64,000 nt of DNA from Gemmatimonadaceae bacterium (GTDB lineage: Bacteria > Gemmatimonadota > Gemmatimonadetes > Gemmatimonadales > Gemmatimonadaceae), in assembly GCA_044224875.1 (NCBI GenBank), contig JBGAJQ010000006.1, forward strand, positions 64,001 through 128,000, read 5' to 3'. Below the pieces are notes generated by a model. The model saw only the letters and a list, made by a program, of their open reading frames with translations. It was not told the origin of the DNA and ran no database searches. How positions within the stretch are numbered: position 1 is the stretch's first letter; each line of letters begins with the position of its first letter. The translations under genes and the position numbers were made by a program. This document shows positions 57,288 to 64,000 of this stretch, in pieces.

Positions 57288-59744
57288 CTAACGCTTCGAC
57301 TTCGACTTGCCGTTCTCCTTGCCATTGCCGCCAGAGGTAATCAGCCCCGGGCCGGTCTCTGGCATGGCCGCATCGTAGCCTTCGAGGTAGGAATAGTACC
57401 TGAACTGCGGATTGGCGCCCATGTCGTTCAGGATGGCGCCTAGCAGGCGGACCGGCATGCGGTCCATCACGTTCAACTTCGCCTGGGCGAGCCGGCGATC
57501 TGTTTCGCCGGTCCGCAGGACGAGCACCATCGCCCCCGTAGCCGCACCAAGGGCGTAGGCGTCGATACCAGCGCCTAACGGTGCCGTGTCGACCAAAATA
57601 GCATCGAACTGATTGCGGAGGTCGCGAATGAGCTGCTGCATCGCGTCCGAGGCCAGCATTTCCGGTCCGTGTTGCCGGCGAGCACCGCCAGGAACCAGGA
57701 AGAGGTTGGGATTGGTCGTTGGACGGACGATCTCCGACAACGACGCCTCGCCGGCGAGGTAGTCGAGCAGACCGGGCGTTGGATCGCATTCCATCCCCTG
57801 GATGGTGTGCAGCGATCCGCGGCGAATGTCGCCGTCGATCAGTACGGTCCGATAGCCGCCGTCCGAGAGCGCGGTGGCTAGGTTCGCCGAGACGAACGAC
57901 TTGCCATCGCCTGGTCCAGGTGACGAGATCGTCAGCTGCACTGGTCCAATCCCTTCATAGGCCGCTCGAATCGTCAACGACAGGGACCGGAAGGACTCCA
58001 CCATCTGCGTCTGGTTGTGCAACCGCGCGGTGGGGTTCTTCACAGCCTTCAGCAGCGTTGGCACGGCGCCCACGACGTCCAACCCGAGTTCGTTCGTCGC
58101 CTGCTCGGGATATCGGAACCGCTTGTCCATGCGATCCAGCAGCAACGCGAGGCCCAGCCCGATGCCCACGGAAGCGGCCAGCGCCACCAGGAAGATCGAA
58201 GCAGCCGTGTCGGTCGACGGACGTCGCGGAGCCACGGCCGAATCGAGGATGGCGACGTCTGGCTGCGTGGTGAGATCGGCAAGGCGCGCTGCCACCGCGC
58301 GCGTCTGCAGATCGCCCACGATGGTGTTGGCGATGTCTACATCACGCTTGCGACGGCCTTCCTCGATCTGACGGGCAGGGATCTGCTTGAGCTCGACTCC
58401 AGCGCCATCGATGCGTCGCTTCATCTCCTGTTCTTGCGCCTGTACCTGGGCGATCGAGACCTCCATCTGCTGCGGAATGGTCTCCGTCTCCAGGACGTGG
58501 ATCTTGTCCTTGACCTCTTTTACCAGGCGGAATTCGTCCGTGTACGTCTGCTGCAACACCCTGAGTTGCTGCTGCTTGGTCAGCAGGTCCGTCACGGCCA
58601 GCGCAAGGTTCGTGTTCCCCTGCAACAGCGCCGGCACCGAGCGAATGTCCTCCACCTTGTATCGGCCACTGTCCGACTTGGCCGCGTCCTTCATGGCGAC
58701 AGCGGCTTCGACGTCCCGACGAACCCCATCGTAGTTCGCCTTATCCTGGAAGAAGGCGTTCAGGACCGGGTTCATCGTAATGCTGATGCCCGGCGCCAGC
58801 GGCGTGTTCTCCGTTGGCAATGTGATGGTGTTGATCTTGAACGATTCGTAGGCGATTTCGGCCGACTCGAGCTGTTCCTTGGCCTGTTTGAGCTGCTCCT
58901 CCACGGTATTGGAGGCCGCCGTCAGGTTCTCCTTCTTCAGGCGTCCGGCCTGGTCGACAAAAACGTGGACGAGCGTGTTGAGCGTCGTCGCCAGAAGTCC
59001 AGGGGCGTCGCCGTTGAGCTGCAGAGTCATCAGGTTGCTCTGCGGCATCAGGTTGACCTGGAGCGTCTTGGCCAGTTCGAGCGACGCTTCACGGGGCGTC
59101 TCGACATCGAACTCGTATGCGCGACCTCGTCGCAGCAGCTCCGCGGGCGGTTGCCAGAGGAACCCAACGACGCGACCGATGGAATCGCCCACGGCGCCAC
59201 GTTCAACCACACGCTCCTGCGCCTTCCGGTCGTCCGCCAGGCGGATCAGCTGATAGGACTTCCCCGCGCCATCGATCTTGAGTCGATAACCCGCCGCGCG
59301 CAGTGAGTCCGACGGCAACAAGTTGCGGAAGACCAGCGTATCGGCGGGGTCCTTGGGATTCACGTAGAGCGCCAGCTTGGACACGACGTCGTCCAGCACC
59401 AGGTAGCTCTTGGCCAGTTCAGGCCACGCCAAGTCCGACGAGATCAACCCCGGGGCGACAATCGGACCGTTCTTGCCACCGTTTTGCGCAATCCAGATCG
59501 TGGCATTGACGCCGTACTTTGGCTTGACGAATTGCGTGGCAACAAACCCCACTGCGGCCCCGACAGCCACGATCGCGAGAATCAACCAACGATACCGCTT
59601 GATGGCGGACACCGATCGCTGGATCTGCTCGCCGACGTTGAAGGCAGCCTGGGGTGGAGCCGCCCCCCAACTCTGCAGCGACGGCAGCGCCTCGTGTCGG
59701 GGTGCCACCGGACCGGGAGAAGACGGGACGATGTTAGCGGACAT
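57288..59744 (-). CDS. wzc: Polysaccharide co-polymerase / BY-kinase (Wzc)
   Basis: Two TM segments flanking a coiled-coil periplasmic domain; ESFRSL, Walker A GPGDGKS, LIDGDIRRG, LVDTAP, C-terminal RYYSYLEGY. Confidence 0.92.
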   Translation of the reverse strand: MSANIVPSSPGPVAPRHEALPSLQSWGAAPPQAAFNVGEQIQRSVSAIKRYRWLILAIVAVGAAVGFVATQFVKPKYGVNATIWIAQNGGKNGPIVAPGLISSDLAWPELAKSYLVLDDVVSKLALYVNPKDPADTLVFRNLLPSDSLRAAGYRLKIDGAGKSYQLIRLADDRKAQERVVERGAVGDSIGRVVGFLWQPPAELLRRGRAYEFDVETPREASLELAKTLQVNLMPQSNLMTLQLNGDAPGLLATTLNTLVHVFVDQAGRLKKENLTAASNTVEEQLKQAKEQLESAEIAYESFKINTITLPTENTPLAPGISITMNPVLNAFFQDKANYDGVRRDVEAAVAMKDAAKSDSGRYKVEDIRSVPALLQGNTNLALAVTDLLTKQQQLRVLQQTYTDEFRLVKEVKDKIHVLETETIPQQMEVSIAQVQAQEQEMKRRIDGAGVELKQIPARQIEEGRRKRDVDIANTIVGDLQTRAVAARLADLTTQPDVAILDSAVAPRRPSTDTAASIFLVALAASVGIGLGLALLLDRMDKRFRYPEQATNELGLDVVGAVPTLLKAVKNPTARLHNQTQMVESFRSLSLTIRAAYEGIGPVQLTISSPGPGDGKSFVSANLATALSDGGYRTVLIDGDIRRGSLHTIQGMECDPTPGLLDYLAGEASLSEIVRPTTNPNLFLVPGGARRQHGPEMLASDAMQQLIRDLRNQFDAILVDTAPLGAGIDAYALGAATGAMVLVLRTGETDRRLAQAKLNVMDRMPVRLLGAILNDMGANPQFRYYSYLEGYDAAMPETGPGLITSGGNGKENGKSKSKR

Positions 59745-59905
59745 GTGATGCCTGGAAGACGTTGAATTCGACCATACCTAGACGATTACCACGCAAAAAG
59801 GGCGCGCAAGCTGTGATACGTAACGCAATTCCGTTCGAAGCGTCTTTTTAGCAATTCTGGGCCCACCAAAGTGGGAGTGTTTGGCGCTGTCGCGCGTCTG
59901 CTATC

Positions 59906-59945
59906 TGTAGCTTCGTGACAACAGACATGTTGGCGACGGACTACA
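59906..59945. promoter_or_regulatory. Tandem TGT-N12-ACA enhancer-binding-protein sites
   Basis: TGTAGCTTCGTGACAACA and TGTTGGCGACGGACTACA, an inverted pair with centres 22 bp apart, between wzc and the activator gene. Confidence 0.55.
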
Positions 59946-60134
59946 TAGTTCGACGATTCTCGCCTCAGGAACGCCTCACATTCGGGGATTTCAGCGATAT
60001 TTCGGCGTCACGAGGTGCTGTTTCTGTTCGGCGTTGTGGTTCGCGCCCTGTAGGACGTTGGCATCATTTCTTCTACGAATTCGGTTCGCAGTCCCTCGGA
60101 AACAGAGTTCAATTCTCCGGTTGGAGCGCGAGAC

Positions 60135-61654
60135 ATGGCAAGTGGCACTGTGGTCCAAGACGAAGATCGACCGAAAGAAGCTGGGGAGTCGCGCGATCCG
60201 CTCTCTATTTCGCCCACGTCAAGTTAGTCTGAATATTCTAATCGTCGATGATGATCGGACGCTGGGAAGGCTGCGCCAGTGTCCTGCAGATGGATGGGTA
60301 CGATGTTACGACGCTAGGTCGCGGCGACGAAGCGATCGATCTGGTCAAGCGGCGGCGCTTCGACATCATCCTCGTGGACCTCTACATGACCCCGGTGTCG
60401 GGCATGGAGATCCTGAAAGCCACGATGGAGTCTAGCAAGGACACCATCGTGGTTGTGATGACCGGCAATCCGAGCGTAACCACGAGTATTGAGGCCCTCC
60501 GAGCGGGCGCTTGGGACTATCTGCCAAAGCCGTTCTCGGCCACGCACCTCCAGGTGTTGGTCGGGCGCGCCTCGCACGCGGTCATGGTGGCTCGCGAGAC
60601 GCGTGACCTTCGTGTCCAGCTCCTCAAGCAGACTGGCAATTCCGACAAGCTCACGTTGCTCGGCGTTTCGCCCGCTTTCCGAAAGGCGGTGGACCTCGCC
60701 AGAAAAGTCGCGAGCACGGATGCCTCTGTCATGATCATGGGCGAAAGCGGTACAGGGAAAGAACTCATCGCCCAGTTCATTCATCAGTACAGCCGCCGCG
60801 CTAGCCGCTCGATGGTGCCGATCAATTGCGCTGCGCTACCCGAAGGCTTGCTCGAGAGCGAACTGTTTGGCCACCGAAAGGGGGCGTTCACCGGAGCGGA
60901 GCGCGACAAGCCGGGGCTTCTCGAAATCGCCAATGGCGGCACGCTGTTCTTAGACGAGCTGACCGAGATGTCGCTTCCGCTTCAGGCGAAGCTGCTCCGT
61001 GTTCTTCAAGACGGCGTAGTGCGTCGCGTGGGATCGGAGAAGGAAGACGCCATCGTCGACGTGCGCTTCATTTCGGCCACAAACCGAAACCCACAGGATT
61101 GCGTGGCCAAGGGCACACTGCGCGAAGACCTGATGTATCGGCTTCGCGTCGTACCCATCAACCTGCCGCCCCTGCGGAAGCGTCAGGAGGATATCCCACT
61201 GCTGGCGAATCACTTCCTGACGCACTTTTGGGAACGTCACCGCGGTGCGAATGAGCCGTCGCCGAAGATTTCCGATGGCGCCATCGACTTCTTGCGATCT
61301 CGTCCGTGGCGCGGGAACGTCCGTGAGCTGCAAAACGTGATCGAGCAGCTCACCGTTCTCACCGAGCCCGGGCATGTGATTACGGCAGAGGACGTTCCGA
61401 TTTACGACGACGCGACGACCGAAGCGCCGACCACTGGGCTCCCCGCGAATGTGCTGGCGGACAGCTTCCACGTCGCGAAGGACAAGCTGATCGCGCACTT
61501 CGAAAAGGAGTACCTCTCGCAACTCATCTCCCGGGCGGGCTCGAACATGTCGAAGGCGGCTCGCTTGGCGAATATCGACCGGACGACGCTATACCGGTTG
61601 ATGGACAAGCATGGGTTTCGCCGAGAGGAGATGATGGGTACGTTCGAGGAGTGA
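60135..61654 (+). CDS. Sigma-54-dependent NtrC-family response regulator (REC-AAA+-HTH); 5' part frameshifted
   Basis: GESGTGKE, ESELFGH.KGAFTGA, LFLDE, WRGNVREL, Fis-type HTH. ILIVDDDRTL lies in another frame upstream; GGAG RBS and ATG at 60135. Confidence 0.88.
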
Positions 61655-62838
61655 GAAGCTCGAACAAGGATCTGCAGTCCGCATTGATTCCAGCCGTCGC
61701 AGAAGGTCGGCTGGTTCGCGCCGAGTCGGCGCGTGCTCCGGGGGCGAGCCGGGGGCAGGGTTCGTCACCGCCACCGCCCGGAGGACCACCGTCGCCGCCG
61801 TGGCGCGCATTGACCGCCGCGGCCGCCGACGTCGCGACGACGTGGCCCGTGGACGAACACACGCGCATCACGACGTCCGACATTCGCGCCGCCGTCAGCA
61901 CCATCGTCGAGTCATTGCGAGCCGTGGTGGACGGACTCGCGCCGGACCTCGCGATCATTCCGGTGTTTGTGCCCGTGCGTCGAGTGCTGGAGGCCTTGCG
62001 ACGTTCGTTCCTGGACCATGCGCAGGCCCCGGATGTGCGACCGTTCTCCGATGAGGTGGTGGCGATCACCCGGGCGATGGAGCGCTTGCAGGAAGCGATG
62101 GACGCGGACGCGACCCACCGCTTCGCATCGCGGCTCACAGGGTCGGAAGCGCAGCAGTTGGTGGTGGAAATGGCGCATGACATGCGCTCGCCCCTGGGGT
62201 CGATCCTCATTCTCGCCGAGCGCCTCCGGGCCGGCGCTGGGGGCGACTTGTCACCGATTCAGGTCCGCCAGCTCGGACTCATCTACTCGGCGGCGTTCGG
62301 ACTCAGCGCGCTGGCGGGCGACGTGATTGAGCTGGCACGCGGGGGCACCACCTTGATCGATCAGGAGCCGCTCGCCTTTGCGGTGTCTGACGTGCTGCAG
62401 TCGATCCTCGACATCCTCCGCCCGATGGCCGAAGAGAAGAAGCTGACCATGCGATGCGTTGGGCCATTGGCCGACGTCCGTATTGGCCATTCAGCGGCAC
62501 TCAACCGGGTATTGTTGAACCTGGCGACGAACGCCATCAAGTTCACGAACACTGGCTCCGTCGAAGTTGTGTGCAGTGAACTCGACCGCACGCGCGTCGA
62601 GTTCTCGGTGCGAGACACCGGGCGCGGTATTCCCTCCCACGTGCGCGCCAATTTGTTTGAGGCGTTCCGTCAGCGACAAACGCCCGGCGACTACGCGTTC
62701 TCCAGCGCCGGCCTTGGGCTCTCGATTTGCGAGAAGCTGGTCCGAGCCATGGGTGGCGAGTTGCACGTGGAAACCGAGCTGGAAAAGGGAACCCGGTTCT
62801 ACTTTGCCCTCGAGCTACCGCAGCCCCCGCGCTTTTAG
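61651..62838 (+). CDS. Cytoplasmic sensor histidine kinase (HisKA + HATPase_c)
   Basis: EMAHDMRSPL H-box, NLATNAIKFT N-box, DTGRGI, GLGL, GTRF; no TM segment. Confidence 0.88.
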   Translation: MRSSNKDLQSALIPAVAEGRLVRAESARAPGASRGQGSSPPPPGGPPSPPWRALTAAAADVATTWPVDEHTRITTSDIRAAVSTIVESLRAVVDGLAPDLAIIPVFVPVRRVLEALRRSFLDHAQAPDVRPFSDEVVAITRAMERLQEAMDADATHRFASRLTGSEAQQLVVEMAHDMRSPLGSILILAERLRAGAGGDLSPIQVRQLGLIYSAAFGLSALAGDVIELARGGTTLIDQEPLAFAVSDVLQSILDILRPMAEEKKLTMRCVGPLADVRIGHSAALNRVLLNLATNAIKFTNTGSVEVVCSELDRTRVEFSVRDTGRGIPSHVRANLFEAFRQRQTPGDYAFSSAGLGLSICEKLVRAMGGELHVETELEKGTRFYFALELPQPPRF

Positions 62839-62943
62839 TCGTGGCCACGCGACCGGTCCCTTCACTGGACGCGTGGATTCGGACGACGCAGTTTATCAGG
62901 TAGCCTGTCTTTCGATCGACTCACACCACCCGCTGAGGCACCG

Positions 62944-64000
62944 ATGACTCAACGTCGCGACTTCGTCACCTCTCTTCTGCGCGCGGGCGTCGCGCTGCCG
63001 GTCATGAACGCCGGGGCATTTCGGCACTTGATCGAGGGAGACGCCATGGTCCGCGGGAAGGCGGCGAATGCGGTGGCGAGCGATGAAGACTATTGGAACG
63101 AGATCGCGCGAGCGTTCGATACGGATCGATCGCTGGTGAACCTGAACAATGGTGGGTGTAGTCCAGCGCCGTCGCATGTCATGGAGGCGATGATACGGGA
63201 TCTCCGGTTCTCGAATGAAATCCCCGTCGAGCACATGTGGGGGGTGTTGGAGCCGCGGATCGAAAGCTGCCGGCGGGACCTCGCGCAGATGTTTGGCTGC
63301 GACCTGGAAGAAATCGCGATCACGCGGAACGCGTCCGAAGCCAATGAGACGATGATCCTTGGCCTCGACTTGAAGCGCGGAGACGAAGTGCTGGTGACGA
63401 ACCAGAACTATGGGCGCATGCTCACGACGTGGGACCAGCGCGTCCGGCGCGACGGGATCGTCCTGAAGCAGATCTCATTCAAGGTTCCCGTCCCGTCACA
63501 GCAGTATCTCGTCGACCAATTCCGGGATGCGATCACACCGCGCACACGGGTCATCGAGATCACGCACATCACGAACCTCACGGGACACATCTTCCCGGTG
63601 CGCGAGATCGTTCAGATGGCGCGTGCGAAAGGGATTGAGGTGTTCATCGACGGCGCACACGCATTCGCCCAATTCCCGTTCACGCGTGACGAACTGGATG
63701 CGGACTATTACGGGACAAGTCTGCACAAGTGGTTGCATGCGCCGATTGGCACGGGCTTCCTGTACGTCCGGCGCAGCAAGATCAAGTCATTGTGGCCGAT
63801 GATGGCGGCTCCATCGTCCATGGATGAGAACATCCGCAAGTACGAAGAGATCGGCACGCATCCAGCGGCCAATCACAACGCGATCTCGGTGGCGGCCGCT
63901 TTTACTCGCGGTATCGGCCTGGATCGCAAGGCGGCGCGACTCCGCTTCCTGCGGGACCGCTGGGCCGATCGCCTGGAGAAAGAGTCCTCGCGCGTGCACG
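62944..64000 (+). CDS. Tat-exported class V PLP-dependent aminotransferase (isopenicillin-N epimerase/cysteine desulfhydrase-like), 3'-truncated
   Basis: Translated by hand because it is absent from the ORF track: MTQRRDFV Tat motif, NLNNGGCSP, TRNASE, DGAH, SLHKWL.APIGTGFLY. Confidence 0.88.
   Translation, partial: MTQRRDFVTSLLRAGVALPVMNAGAFRHLIEGDAMVRGKAANAVASDEDYWNEIARAFDTDRSLVNLNNGGCSPAPSHVMEAMIRDLRFSNEIPVEHMWGVLEPRIESCRRDLAQMFGCDLEEIAITRNASEANETMILGLDLKRGDEVLVTNQNYGRMLTTWDQRVRRDGIVLKQISFKVPVPSQQYLVDQFRDAITPRTRVIEITHITNLTGHIFPVREIVQMARAKGIEVFIDGAHAFAQFPFTRDELDADYYGTSLHKWLHAPIGTGFLYVRRSKIKSLWPMMAAPSSMDENIRKYEEIGTHPAANHNAISVAAAFTRGIGLDRKAARLRFLRDRWADRLEKESSRVH

Noticed and set aside
347..57579. 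TTAGGC as a telomere-like repeat, CRISPR repeat or REP element
   Set aside because: Copies are isolated 6-7-mers inside genes, never tandem or regularly spaced, with no larger conserved unit
1969..59306. Many long overlapping or antisense ORFs (e.g. 1969-3111, 6193-7461, 18314-19375, 39829-40854, 51865-53073, 58017-59306)
   Set aside because: Shadow frames of high-GC genes, Arg/Ala/Pro-rich with no motifs
1..64000. Dedicated Wzy polymerase, mobile elements, tRNA/rRNA, defence systems
   Set aside because: None recognisable; a Wzy could be one of the unassigned polytopic proteins or lie outside the window

Overview
High-GC bacterial DNA; gene content and style suggest Gemmatimonadota, which is an inference. 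About 60 kb is one very large cell-surface glycan/exopolysaccharide locus. It encodes six membrane-anchored sulfatase-fold enzymes with a Thr at the nucleophile position (TLPSH, so not formylglycine sulfatases) and about nine GT-C-like polytopic membrane glycosyltransferases. It also encodes polyprenyl-phosphate-sugar donor synthases (two GT2, a UbiA-type decaprenyl-phosphate phosphoribosyltransferase), flippases and a CDP-glucose/3-C-methyl sugar pathway. Further genes are two Ig+GH30-like lipoproteins, GT4/GT2/deacetylase genes and a Wzx-Wza-Wzc-priming transferase export core. A regulatory cassette (degenerate REC-GGDEF protein, sigma-54 NtrC-type activator, cytoplasmic histidine kinase) sits at the right end, followed by a truncated Tat-exported class V aminotransferase. 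At DNA level there is a recurring TGTNG-N8-CAACA enhancer-like motif, -24/-12-like elements mostly 1 bp shorter than canonical, and a strongly recurring GTTAGG(C) word that even forms five stop codons. Small indels near 57.0-57.2 kb and 60.2-60.3 kb look like assembly errors. No rRNA, tRNA, CRISPR array or mobile element was recognised.
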